Part shown: positions 48,698 through 59,516 of the stretch, in pieces
Position numbering within the stretch: position 1 is the stretch's first letter
Layout: each line of letters begins with the position of its first letter
From: an uncultured bacterium
Lineage (GTDB): Bacteria > Acidobacteriota > HRBIN11 > JAKEFK01
Reading direction: 5' to 3'
Assembly: GCA_963777505.1 (NCBI GenBank)
Contig: CAVZQN010000004.1
Location: 928,001-992,000, forward strand
DNA: 64,000 nt
Made by a program: the position numbers and the translations under genes
The notes under the pieces: model-generated
What the model saw: only the letters and a program-made list of their open reading frames with translations
Told to the model about the DNA's origin: nothing
The model's database searches: none

Positions 48698-51053
48698 TTA
48701 CCGCAGAGACTCAGAGGGTTTTGCCGCTATTAGGTACAACTGGTAAGCGGTTGCAAGATAGAGCGTATCGCCGATGAGCGCCGGACGCGAATAAAGCGGG
48801 GCATCCATTTCCATTTGCGCTAACAATTCTTTTCGCCGTCCGGCACGAAGAACGGTCATGCTGCCTTCAACGTTTCCAACATAAAGCCGGTCGCCGGCAA
48901 GGAGGAGACATCCCCAGATGGCCTCGTTCGTCTCATGCTTCCAGACAAGTGCACCAGTAGCTGCGTCCAGACAATGAACTGTTCCACCCAGATCTCCAAC
49001 GTACAGCAGACCGTCCTTCACGATTGGCGTTCCCACGACCCGGCCGACCTCGCGAGAAGTCCAGAGGAGCCTGCTCTCGGTGACATCGCCTTGGCCGTTG
49101 GGATTGATCGCATGAATCAAACGAAGGACCGTTGCCGTGTCGAGGATCCTGCCCCATCGCAATGAAGATGCGGCCGTCGGCGAATACCGGTGAAGCAATA
49201 ATAGAGCTGCGCGAAAGAACGCCGGGGCGAGGAAGCCAGCGGGAGTCTTTCGGATTGCCGTCAAATCGCCAGACTTCGTGACCTGACGCCGCGTCGTAAC
49301 CGCGCAGCCAGCCATCTCCTCCACCGAAAAGTACCTGCATTCGTCCGTTGACGTTGGCTGCAACAGGGCTGGACCACTGGCCGTGCAGCACGTTTTTGCC
49401 CGGGCCGATGGCGCGCCAGACCACTTCGCCTGAGTGCTTGTTCACCGCGATCAGACTTGGGGCGCGCGGCGATGGAACAAGCGTATGACCTTCATTCTGG
49501 CCGTTAGAAGTACACACCATTAAAAGATCACCCACCGATAGCACTTCGCTGTTGGAAGCTTCGTGCGGAAAAACACCCAGGCGGCCGCACATGTCCAGTT
49601 CCCAAACGATGTCGGCAGCAGCGTCGTCTTGGAACGCCTCTTCTCGATACGGACCATTGTTCTCGCCATCGCGAAAGCCTTGCGTATCGAGGGAACGGAG
49701 TTGGCACTCGGCAGTGACATAGTACAACCGGTTCTCTTCCACATACGGCGCACTTGTAGTCGAAGGCAGCAGGAACTCCCGCAGGCCGCGCTCCACTCGC
49801 GGGGCCACATCCTGCCAAAGGAACGTGCCATCCGACATCTGAAATGCCATGAGCACGCCGGATTCTTCCTGAAAGTTTGGGTTCATTTGCCTTGCGTTGT
49901 CGGTACCGACATAGACAACATTGCCAGCAACCACGGGACGGCCAAACGTGTCATTTCCCAACTCGACGCTCCAAGCTATATTCCGTCCTGTGGCCGTATC
50001 CCAGTCAACTGGAGGATTGCCCGTTTGAGCTACCATGGTGGGGGGTTGGGGCGCGCTAGCGGGAGGCGCGGGAACAGCGGGTGAGATGACAGGCCTTCCA
50101 GACTCTATGCCTGCAATTCGATTCAAAGCCCACTCAGCTTCGTTACGAAGTGTGGGATCTTTTGCTGCTGTTTTCAACGCGTCCCGGGCCGAATGTGCTT
50201 TCGGTCCAATGCTTCCCAATGCACCGGCCGCGAAGATGCGTACGTAGAGGAATTCATCCTTCAATGCTTCGATCAACTGCGGCACAGCGGATTGCGCGGC
50301 CGGTCCGATGTTTGCGAGTGCTTCACACGCCGCCCATCGAACTCCGGGAATCGGATCGCCCACAGCTTTTGCGAGGTCCTTGGTCGCTGAGTCCGCCTTC
50401 GGACCGATGGACGCCAATGCCTCAGCTGCATAGATGCGAACGTATGGATCCCTGTGCGAAAGAGTTTTTATTAAAGCATCTACCGAAGGACTGGCCTTGT
50501 TTCCCAACGCGCCCAGGGCGCGTGCAGCATCGCCTGCGACGTAGGAATCCTCGTCGGTCAGTGCCAGTCTTAACGCCGGTTGAATCCGTTCTGTATCGGG
50601 TGCCAGATCGATCAAGGCATCAACGGCGCTGCGCCGGAAGGACGCCCACTCGTGCCGAAGCAAATCCTCCAGGAGCGGAATTGCCGGCGGACCGATCCGC
50701 CTGATGATTTCAAAAGTCGCCAGATGCAGGTCGTTATCATGCCGGTTGAGGAATTGTCTCAGCATGGGCAGCGATCGCTCCGACCCTTGGACCAGCGCCG
50801 CTTCTGCAATTGCGCGAACCTTTGGGTCGTTGGCCATCACGCGATTTGCCCACTCATCCACTTCCGCTTCGCTTGTCTGAGGCTCGGAACCGCCACCCTG
50901 CTGCTCTTCTATTTCTGCAGCACCAGATTGCACAAATACTATCGGTGAAGTCATCAGTATCATGATCAGCAACAATCTGTAAAGGAAATCGCGCGCCAAC
51001 CCGCACATATGTGCCTCCAAAGGACCTGCCACTGTTGAAGATTTACTTTGCAC
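48698..51053 (-). CDS. HEAT-repeat plus PQQ-like beta-propeller protein, split by an apparent +1 frameshift at ~49119-49121
   Basis: Repeated VR..AA.AL..IGP HEAT units, then NIAWSVELG, WSSP, SPV..DGRIF and TPIV.DG.LYV propeller blades. One extra T after HGNGPS joins the two ORFs. Confidence 0.8.
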
Positions 51054-51112
51054 TCATAGCGGAAGGCCGATCTTTTTTATCATAGCCACATAGCGTGGAG
51101 GGAGCCAGAAGA

Positions 51113-51562
51113 TTAAGAAGAGGTTGTTATCCTTCTGTAATAATTGACCTGTCCAAGATGATAATTTAAATGACCGTAGGTAATAAAGAGAATTTCAATC
51201 GTGGGACGGATTTTGTCCAAGAAAGGAATTGGAAAATCTTTTTGTAAATCCTCATCAGATAATTTCGGCAGCGTGGTTTTTACGATTTCAAGAGCTTCAA
51301 GCAGTCCCTTCAATAAATTCTCTCTGGATACGTTTCTGTCCGAAAACTCTTTATCACGTTGCCGCACATACCCCGTTTTCCCGAGTTGCGCGCCGATAAA
51401 ATGCTTCAGGTTGCCAGTGATATGCAACGTCAGCGTTCCCGGAGAATTGGCAATTCCTTCTTTCAATTGCCACAAATCCTCTTCGTTCCTAAACAGTGAG
51501 ATTTCTTGAACCAGATTGTTGATACCGTTTTCATAATAATTGAGTAAAAGCTTTGATGTCAT
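51113..51562 (-). CDS. DinB/DUF1572-like protein
   Basis: NSPGTLTLHITGNL, Y.RQRDKEF, H..YHLGQ..Y motifs. Confidence 0.8.
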   Translation of the reverse strand: MTSKLLLNYYENGINNLVQEISLFRNEEDLWQLKEGIANSPGTLTLHITGNLKHFIGAQLGKTGYVRQRDKEFSDRNVSRENLLKGLLEALEIVKTTLPKLSDEDLQKDFPIPFLDKIRPTIEILFITYGHLNYHLGQVNYYRRITTSS

Positions 51563-51715
51563 TTTGTAGTGAACTCCATTGTTCTTATTGAGTGCATCTT
51601 TAGAGTATTTTAATTCGTCTCCGGCTACTCGTCGAACTCGGCGTTAAACAGATTCATAGTAGGCCCTCTCACTGGATGTGGTTACAATAAATCTTTAAAA
51701 ACCTGGAGGCGATCC

Positions 51716-53275
51716 ATGTTGAAAAAAGTATCAGCGTACTTTTGCATCATATTTCTATTTGCCGGAATTTCCGCAGCCGCAGCCGATCAATTTGAAAAAA
51801 AGCTTCAGCAGATTATGGAGCGGACTGCATTTCGGCATGCATTTTTTGGAATTCAGTTCATCTCAGTTGAAAACAAAAAATCGCTTTATTCGATGAATGC
51901 GGACAAATTTTTTATCCCTGCTTCAACAACGAAACTGATTACAGCTGGCAGCGCTCTTGAATTGTTCGGTCCTGATCATCGTTTTACTACACGCGTCTAC
52001 CGTACCGGCCCAATCACCGCTGATGGAATCCTGGAAGGCGATCTGATTCTTGTTGCAAGCGGCGATCCCAATCTGTCAGGAAGGATCATGGAAGATGGTT
52101 CGCTAGCATTTGAAAATCAGGATCATTCATACGGCGGCGAACACAGCCGGGGTATAGGTGATCCATTGCAAGTGATTCGTAAACTAGCAAAGCAAGTTGC
52201 AGACAAAAAAATCAAAAGAATTTCAGGGCGAGTCATCGTGGATGCAACACTATTTCCGCAAGGGGAACGTGAATTAGGTACGGGCGTAGTTCTTTCACCG
52301 ATTGTTGTAAACGATAATGTTGTCGATCTACTTATTTCCCCCGGCGCGACCGAGAATGCTCCCGCCGTAGTTACAGTTTCACCAATTACTTCTTATCTGA
52401 GGGTTATCAACAAAGTTGTGACAGCGAAGAATGATTCTAATGCAGACTTTAGTCGCGATTCCGACGTTGAAAATAGTGACGGATCCAGGACTGTAACAAT
52501 TACAGGAAGCACACCGGCCGGTGGGCCTACAATTTTGGATAGTCACGCGGTTGAGGATCCAACCAGATTTGCGGAAATCGTTTTGAGTGAAGCATTGCGT
52601 GAAGCAGGAGTCATCGCGAATCCAAGATTGAAAGAAGATCAACCTGATTTCAAAGCAACATCTGCATTCTACTCTTCCGAAAATCAAGTTGCTGAACACG
52701 TGTCAGCTCCAATGTCAGAGGAAGCAAAAGTAATTTTGAAAGTAAGCCAAAATCTTCACGCCAGTATGATGCCGTATCTTTTTGCATCATTGATCGCAAA
52801 AAAAGAAGCGCCTCAAGCTGGGTTTGATTTGATGCGTGAGTTCCTTTCTAAGGCGAAACTGAACGTAGATGGCGCGTCACAAGGCGATGGTGCTGGAGGT
52901 TCAGCGAACTTTACTCCGGAATTTATGACGAATTACCTCGCATACATGAGTGAAGGAAAAAATTCCCAGATCTTTCATCAAGCTCTTCCTATCCTTGGGA
53001 AAGATGGAACATTGTTTCAAATTCAAATTGATTCACCGGCAGCAGGTCATGTTTTCGCAAAAACCGGAACATATACACGGTCAGATCTATTGCATGACGG
53101 AGTGCTGGTGGATAGCAAAGCTCTCGCAGGTTATATGATTACAAAAAGTGGAAAACGTCTGGCGTTTGCTCTGTTTGTGAATTTTGTGCCAGTCGGTTCA
53201 GAACCAAATGCGGTTCGTGATATTTGCGGGCAAGCATTGGGTGAGATTGCTGCGGCAGCGTATGAATTGTTTTGA
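51716..53275 (+). CDS. dacB: D-alanyl-D-alanine carboxypeptidase/endopeptidase (S13, PBP4)
   Basis: PASTTK (SxxK), SGDP, SQN (SxN), KTG; signal peptide. Confidence 0.88.
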   Translation: MLKKVSAYFCIIFLFAGISAAAADQFEKKLQQIMERTAFRHAFFGIQFISVENKKSLYSMNADKFFIPASTTKLITAGSALELFGPDHRFTTRVYRTGPITADGILEGDLILVASGDPNLSGRIMEDGSLAFENQDHSYGGEHSRGIGDPLQVIRKLAKQVADKKIKRISGRVIVDATLFPQGERELGTGVVLSPIVVNDNVVDLLISPGATENAPAVVTVSPITSYLRVINKVVTAKNDSNADFSRDSDVENSDGSRTVTITGSTPAGGPTILDSHAVEDPTRFAEIVLSEALREAGVIANPRLKEDQPDFKATSAFYSSENQVAEHVSAPMSEEAKVILKVSQNLHASMMPYLFASLIAKKEAPQAGFDLMREFLSKAKLNVDGASQGDGAGGSANFTPEFMTNYLAYMSEGKNSQIFHQALPILGKDGTLFQIQIDSPAAGHVFAKTGTYTRSDLLHDGVLVDSKALAGYMITKSGKRLAFALFVNFVPVGSEPNAVRDICGQALGEIAAAAYELF

Positions 53276-53316
53276 TCTAGAACATCGACGTCATTGCGAC
53301 GTAATATAATGAACAT

Positions 53317-54573
53317 ATGAGCCGAAAAAAGAAGCTAGACGAACATCAATATACAGTGATCGAAAAACATGGTGGGACTGCTGTTGTGGGATTCATTGCT
53401 TTCATGGGCGCTATCATGTATGGCAAGCATGGCGAAAGTAGCATCCTCTTCTACACCTTCTTTATGGCTTTGATCGTGCTTCTAATTCCCAGGATAACCG
53501 AACTCTTCCGCAGCCAACCAAAAACACAAGACAGTCAAGAATTGAAAGCTATGACTGAACGGCTTGAAAATCTGGAATCACTTGTCTGCCGTCTTGATAC
53601 TGAAATTAATGTTCAGCTTGAAAAATCACTCTCCTCAGGTAAATTGGTCACGTTTGATGCTGGTGAAAATAGTCAGCTTCCAACTTCATTCCTGAACATT
53701 ACATCGGTGCTTGAGAGCCGCTACCAAATTTTAAAAGAACTCGGAAGAGGTGGGATGGGAATTGTATTTCAAGCGCATGATAAACAACTTCGCGAGCAAG
53801 TTGCGATTAAGATACTTTCGCCGATTCTCAGTACAAATTCAGAAGCGCTTGAAAGGATGAAGCGGGAAGTTTCTGCAGCACGCCGTGTTACTCATCCTAA
53901 TGTCATTCGAATTCACGATATCTTTGAAACAGGCGGGTTGAATTATGTTTCAATGGAATATTTTCATGGTTCAAACTTAAAGGAAGTAATCCGGAAAAAT
54001 GGCGCAATGTCGATGATCGAAGGCTTTCAAATTGCTGCACAAATTTGTGATGGAGTTGAAGCCGCTCACAAACAGGGTGTCATCCACCGTGATCTGAAAT
54101 CTCAAAATATTATTGTAGATGCTGCAGGACAGCTAAAAATCATCGACTTTGGTCTGGCTTCAACAACTCACGCGGAAGGAATGACTGCAACTGGATTGAT
54201 TATGGGGACTCCTGAATACATGGCTCCAGAACAAGTCGCAGGCAAAAAGGTGGATGAAAGGGCAGATCTTTATTCAATAGGAATTATCCTTTATGAACTG
54301 TTCACTGGATCTGTGCCATTTACCGGAGAATCTGCAATTGCAATCGGGTTCAAGCAGATTAAAGAGAATCCCGTGACGCCTTCTGAAAGAAACAAAAGTA
54401 TTTCACCGGAGCTGGACCAAATCATCCACAAATTGTTAGAAAAAAATCCAGCGGATCGATACCGGTCTGTTTCTGAATTGAAGAAAGATCTCGAACGTAT
54501 CTTTAGCAGCGAAATTCCTGCCGCTCAAAAAGATTCAACCGCATTGCGACAAGTTCAATCAACTCGCCAATAG
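53317..54573 (+). CDS. Hanks-type Ser/Thr protein kinase with N-terminal TM segments
   Basis: LGRGGMG, VAIK, HRDLK, DFG, GTPEYMAPE. Confidence 0.92.
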   Translation: MSRKKKLDEHQYTVIEKHGGTAVVGFIAFMGAIMYGKHGESSILFYTFFMALIVLLIPRITELFRSQPKTQDSQELKAMTERLENLESLVCRLDTEINVQLEKSLSSGKLVTFDAGENSQLPTSFLNITSVLESRYQILKELGRGGMGIVFQAHDKQLREQVAIKILSPILSTNSEALERMKREVSAARRVTHPNVIRIHDIFETGGLNYVSMEYFHGSNLKEVIRKNGAMSMIEGFQIAAQICDGVEAAHKQGVIHRDLKSQNIIVDAAGQLKIIDFGLASTTHAEGMTATGLIMGTPEYMAPEQVAGKKVDERADLYSIGIILYELFTGSVPFTGESAIAIGFKQIKENPVTPSERNKSISPELDQIIHKLLEKNPADRYRSVSELKKDLERIFSSEIPAAQKDSTALRQVQSTRQ

Positions 54574-54574
54574 A

Positions 54575-56086
54575 CTAACGGCAAACCACATTGGGATTGC
54601 AATCGAATTGCGGCCAGACGTAAGTATTTCTTTCGCCAACTTCAACCCAGTCTTTTCCATCACGAAGATGGATGCGGAATGTGTTATTTCCCAGGTCATA
54701 CATTTCGCAAATTACACCGATCCAATATCCTTTATCGACATCATTAATTCCGCCCCGGCGTACGTCACCACAAAGGTAAAACACATCGCTGCAGGTTACC
54801 GGTTCAAGAAAACGGCCCGTGACAATCTTCGCATCTTCATCTTCGCTGATGACTTCAAATAAATGATAGTCTCGTCCCTCTGCTGGGGTGGTACATTTGC
54901 CTTCGACGGGACCAGGTTCATCATCGTCATCATCTTTTGCTCTCACATCTAAAGTTCTTGTGAAAGTATCCGTTTCGCCATCCTCATCAGTGACAGTTAG
55001 CGCGATTTCAAAAGTTCCTTCTCTAGTGAAACTATACTGGGGAGTTCGATTCGTAAACGTATTGTTTTCGATTAACCAACGGAATTCGACGATTGTTCCA
55101 TCCGTATCGCTGCTCGGTGTTGAATCAAACGTAAATACGGTTTCAGTTGTCCCCGTTGTAGGGATGATATTAAAGTTTGCATTCGGCGGATCTCCAATTA
55201 TCTGCAAACTTTTTTCTTTTGATGATTCGAGCCCGTCATTATCTGTTACTGTTAGAACTACCGAAAAGTCGCCTTTTTCTGAAAAGCGATGCGTGACTCT
55301 CGATCCACTTGCAATACCGCCGTCACCAAATTCCCATTCATAACTTTGAACACGGCCATCGCTATCCGTACTTGTCGATCCATCAAATTCAAATAAGGTG
55401 TTTGTATTTCCTTCTTGCGGCTGAACATTTAAATGTGCAACCGGAGGAAATGCATTTTCAATTCTTATCTGGCGGGTTGAATTCGTTTTACTTTGTCGAT
55501 TATCGGTTACAGTCAACGTTGTAGTGAACATCCCGGCTGACTCATAACGATGCGTTACAACTTTGCCCTCAGACCTGGCTCCGTCGCCAAAATCCCATTG
55601 ATAAAGTTGAATCGTTCCATCATTGTCACGCGATCCGGAAGCATCAAAAGTAATCTCTGTTCCTTTGTTCCCGTTTGGCGGGTTAGCCGAAAAAATTGCT
55701 TGTGGTGGAACATTTTCAGCAACAGAAAAAGTATCTTCCAACTCGCCCACTCCAGCCATAGTTGAAACTGAAATTGTTCGAGACCCAGAAGATGCGCCAG
55801 GGCTAACAGTAAAACGAATTGCAATTTCTGTGCTGCTAACCAGTTTCGTTTTCAGAATTTCTATACCTGGCCCCAAATTGACAGATTCAAAGCCAGTGAA
55901 GTTGGAGCCCACAATAATTGCGCGAATGTTTGTCTGACCGGGAAATACTTGAGATGGAGTAATCGAATTGATTCTCGGTCGTGAGCCAGAACCTGAAGTG
56001 CTGTCATCTTCCATGCAAGCCATCAAAGCTATCAATGAAGAGGCAGCCAATAACAATATACAAAGCCTCAAAAGTACGATCATCAT
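54575..56086 (-). CDS. Lipoprotein with an IPT/TIG-like domain, three PKD domains and a Cys-rich C-terminal domain
   Basis: Lipobox LMAC; FDAS.S.D.DG....Y.WDFGDG...LTVTD pattern three times. Confidence 0.8.
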   Translation of the reverse strand: MMIVLLRLCILLLAASSLIALMACMEDDSTSGSGSRPRINSITPSQVFPGQTNIRAIIVGSNFTGFESVNLGPGIEILKTKLVSSTEIAIRFTVSPGASSGSRTISVSTMAGVGELEDTFSVAENVPPQAIFSANPPNGNKGTEITFDASGSRDNDGTIQLYQWDFGDGARSEGKVVTHRYESAGMFTTTLTVTDNRQSKTNSTRQIRIENAFPPVAHLNVQPQEGNTNTLFEFDGSTSTDSDGRVQSYEWEFGDGGIASGSRVTHRFSEKGDFSVVLTVTDNDGLESSKEKSLQIIGDPPNANFNIIPTTGTTETVFTFDSTPSSDTDGTIVEFRWLIENNTFTNRTPQYSFTREGTFEIALTVTDEDGETDTFTRTLDVRAKDDDDDEPGPVEGKCTTPAEGRDYHLFEVISEDEDAKIVTGRFLEPVTCSDVFYLCGDVRRGGINDVDKGYWIGVICEMYDLGNNTFRIHLRDGKDWVEVGERNTYVWPQFDCNPNVVCR

Positions 56087-56244
56087 CTCCTTTACCTCTT
56101 TTCTATTACTATGTCTGTAATATTTTTTGTAGAGAACGATTCTTACGTACTATTTGTATCATATTATAAAAAGAAAAATCAACACGAGCTGGCTTCACAA
56201 GCGACAGGATTAGTTGCGGAGCACTTAGACTGCGAGTTCCAATT

Positions 56245-58662
56245 CTATTTGCTTGCAGAGACCGGCAGATGTTTTTGCAATATGGGACGAAACAACAAAA
56301 AGCCTGTTGCATAAATGAGGGCAGCAAGTAAGAAAACATTCCTGAAACCCAATTGCATACTTAACACAACTGAAAGAAGAGAGCCAAAGACTGTCATGAA
56401 GGAATTAGTTCCCCATGCGAGAGGAATCCAATTCGACTGCCTATGATCAAGAATATGAATTCCCGCAGGGAATGGCATTCCCAGGAGTAAAGCGATTGGA
56501 GCAATTATTATTACCGTCAGCACAATACGGGCAAACATGGAAAGACCGAGACCCCATCGAATCAACCAATTCAACGCAAATGACTCAAGTACAATCAATA
56601 GGATCAAAACAAGCATAAGAATCGGAAGACGATGTTCAACTTCTCCCATCCAGCGTTTCGCTACATAACTGCCAATACCGGAGAACAAAAGAAGTGAAAA
56701 AAGCGTGATACAAATCGAATACGTAGGCCCACCTAAAAACACAGTCAATTTTTGTATCAAAGCAATTTCAACAAAAATAAAGCCTAATCCCAGCGCACCA
56801 AAGTATGCGATTACATGGGAGATACCACGTTCACGCGGAACAGCTCCCGATTGAATGAGTGGATATAGGATTCCCACTAAAGCAAGAAGGAGAACCAGAA
56901 CCAAACTTTGACCAAGTGTAATCAAGCCTACAGGTGTATTGTACAAACCTTCACTTTCATTCTCTCTGTGAAAAAGACTGGACCACTTGTAATAGTTAAA
57001 GAAAAAAGGCTTATCATCGGTTGAGGGTCTGACATCGAAAACATACTGTTCGTAAAATACTTCTCGTTCTTGGGGCGATGCGCGAATTAGCCGATTAAAT
57101 TCATTGTCAGTTGGAGAAAATGGATCATAAAGAATCTCAAAATCATTCTGTACAGCCCAACTGCGAAGATTTTCCATCTCCTGAACGGTAAATGGAGATC
57201 GTTTCAGAATCGTCTCGGCCCAATGATCACTCTTAAGAACCACGATCTGGTTCTTTGCAGCAGCTGCGCCGCTTTGCTCAAGTGCCTGCACCATCATTGC
57301 TGCGAGTCTGAGATTCTCGCGCGGCGGCTTAATGTGCCAGCGCGAAAAAGACAAAACGCCATTTGCAGTCAGATGTTTCATATAATCTTGAATCGCTTCG
57401 AAGGTATATAGATAATTTTCAGAAAGAGAATATGCGCCAAGCGAAAGCGCTGTAAAAGTATCCACACCGCTTAACTGAATTACATCGTAAAGATTTCCAT
57501 CCCTTGATAAAAAGTGCCTGCCTTCCGCAGCATGAATATCTACATTTGGACGATCAAAATAACCTCCGGAATACTCTTTATATCGATTGCGAACCGCATC
57601 AACCATCAAAGAATTGATTTCTGCTCCTGTGACATGCGATGCACCATTGTAAAGAGCGATTAAAACATCGACTCCTCCACCTACACCGATGATCAGAACT
57701 TTCGGATTGTCTTTAATCATGTAAGGAGCAGCATGTATTAATTTGTCCAAATAGGTTAGTTTCTTGATCTCACCATCGGATCTCAAAATGGAAGTGGGTG
57801 CGGCTCCATCTTGATACACAATGCGGGTCTCCGCAGTAGGAAGAAATTTATTGCTCATACTGCCGCCAAATGTGAGCAAAGGTCCCACGTATGAACGTGA
57901 AATATCCAGACGTGCAACAATACTCCACTTGCTCCACTCAATTCCTACCGGCCCTTCATTCGCATTTGCAAGTGCGGAGAGTTCCTTTGATCGCGGAGGA
58001 TAAACTAAATATGGGTCACGATAGAGTCCAATCGCAAGAATACTTCCAAGAATCAGGACGCTTATGATCTGCCGAAAAGTAAATTTTTTCTCCACTTCAA
58101 TTTGAAACAAAAGAGCGGAAATTCCCGCCATTAGACCTACCAAAAATACGGTGTTTGTTGCGCCAAGATAATGGATTGCTGGAACACTCATCAAACTTCC
58201 GATTGCAGCTCCAGCAAGATCTGCAAAATAGACGCGCGTGATATGTGCGCTATAGGTGGAGACAATGCTTACAAGACAAAGTCCGGCAAAATAAAATGGC
58301 ACGGAGAGAGCAACAAAATAAATCACCAGACTAATGATTTGAATGTTGTCTTTACCAATATTGAGCGGTTCAAAAACGACACGAATTACGATAAAAAAAC
58401 AAAAAATAACTGCATATGCGTACAGCGATGCATTTCGTGAAAGTTTATTAATGCCGAGAGTTTCACCCTTTCTTGCCCGCGACATCAAATAGGAGCCTGC
58501 GGCTCCGTAACCCAGCAAAGCGATACTGATAATCATGGTAGTGAAATGATGCCAGGTCAGGACGGCAAAAATTCGGGTGATAGCAATTTGAAGCTGCAAA
58601 ACGGACGCTGCAATTAAAAAAGTGCTTACAAGCAGCAATCTGGAGGGCGATTGGGCGCTCAT
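56245..58662 (-). CDS. Membrane protein with a central spermidine-synthase-like SAM-binding domain
   Basis: TM bundles on both sides; VLIIGVGGG, AEIN, EGRHFL, YDVI, ENYLYT.EA. Confidence 0.8.
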   Translation of the reverse strand: MSAQSPSRLLLVSTFLIAASVLQLQIAITRIFAVLTWHHFTTMIISIALLGYGAAGSYLMSRARKGETLGINKLSRNASLYAYAVIFCFFIVIRVVFEPLNIGKDNIQIISLVIYFVALSVPFYFAGLCLVSIVSTYSAHITRVYFADLAGAAIGSLMSVPAIHYLGATNTVFLVGLMAGISALLFQIEVEKKFTFRQIISVLILGSILAIGLYRDPYLVYPPRSKELSALANANEGPVGIEWSKWSIVARLDISRSYVGPLLTFGGSMSNKFLPTAETRIVYQDGAAPTSILRSDGEIKKLTYLDKLIHAAPYMIKDNPKVLIIGVGGGVDVLIALYNGASHVTGAEINSLMVDAVRNRYKEYSGGYFDRPNVDIHAAEGRHFLSRDGNLYDVIQLSGVDTFTALSLGAYSLSENYLYTFEAIQDYMKHLTANGVLSFSRWHIKPPRENLRLAAMMVQALEQSGAAAAKNQIVVLKSDHWAETILKRSPFTVQEMENLRSWAVQNDFEILYDPFSPTDNEFNRLIRASPQEREVFYEQYVFDVRPSTDDKPFFFNYYKWSSLFHRENESEGLYNTPVGLITLGQSLVLVLLLALVGILYPLIQSGAVPRERGISHVIAYFGALGLGFIFVEIALIQKLTVFLGGPTYSICITLFSLLLFSGIGSYVAKRWMGEVEHRLPILMLVLILLIVLESFALNWLIRWGLGLSMFARIVLTVIIIAPIALLLGMPFPAGIHILDHRQSNWIPLAWGTNSFMTVFGSLLSVVLSMQLGFRNVFLLAALIYATGFLLFRPILQKHLPVSASK

Positions 58663-58744
58663 CCTTAGGTAGCATCATAATACGTAAAGAGTAGTACGTA
58701 AACACACAAAGATCCGAGCTCAGGATTATTGGCATTGCGAGAAG

Positions 58745-59398
58745 TCAGCTTTGGGCAATTTTTCCGCGGGCTTTTTGCAAGAAGTCGATTACGGCATCAT
58801 CGGATGTTTGAGTAAAATCCATGTACCAACTGCCAACACCATAAAATGGCTCAGGCGTTACTCCACAAACCACATGATCGACCTCTGATTCAAACTCTTT
58901 GCACGTGGAGGGAGCGGCAACCGGGACTGCAACTACAATTTGCTTAACACGCCGATGTCTAAGGGCTTCAGCAGCGGCTCGCATCGTTGCGCCTGTAGCG
59001 AGCCCATCATCAATTAAGATGACCGTTTTGTTTCTAACATCGATTGGCGATTCTTCCTGCCTGTAATATTTTTCCCTTCGTTCTAATTCAGCCTGCTCTA
59101 ATGCTGCTACCGAATCGATGACAGTTTGTGGAATTCCTAATGAGCGAACAATATCTTCATTCAGAACACGAATGCTACCACTTGCAATTGCACCCATCGC
59201 AAGTTCTTCATGACCCGGAACTCCTAATTTCCGGACAAGGTAGATATCAAGAGGCAAATCAAGCTCTGTGGCAACTTGATATGCGACCGGTACTCCGCCT
59301 CTTGGAAGCGCTAAAACAACAACATCGGGGCGGCTGCGGTATTTGCCTAATTTCGCAGCAAGAAATTTCCCTGCTTCGACCCGGTCATGGAATAACAT
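58745..59398 (-). CDS. Phosphoribosyltransferase family protein
   Basis: LALPRGGVPV, RKLGVP..EELAMGA, VILIDDGLATGAT PRPP loop. Confidence 0.9.
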   Translation of the reverse strand: MLFHDRVEAGKFLAAKLGKYRSRPDVVVLALPRGGVPVAYQVATELDLPLDIYLVRKLGVPGHEELAMGAIASGSIRVLNEDIVRSLGIPQTVIDSVAALEQAELERREKYYRQEESPIDVRNKTVILIDDGLATGATMRAAAEALRHRRVKQIVVAVPVAAPSTCKEFESEVDHVVCGVTPEPFYGVGSWYMDFTQTSDDAVIDFLQKARGKIAQS

Positions 59399-59516
59399 AC
59401 CAATTTGTAATCCTTACTTTGGAAGCTATTCCTCCTGTCAGGATTATCAATGTAATTCTTGCAATTAGAGTGTTATGGAATAACCTTAAAGCGCTCGACT
59501 TCACGTTCGGAGTGTT

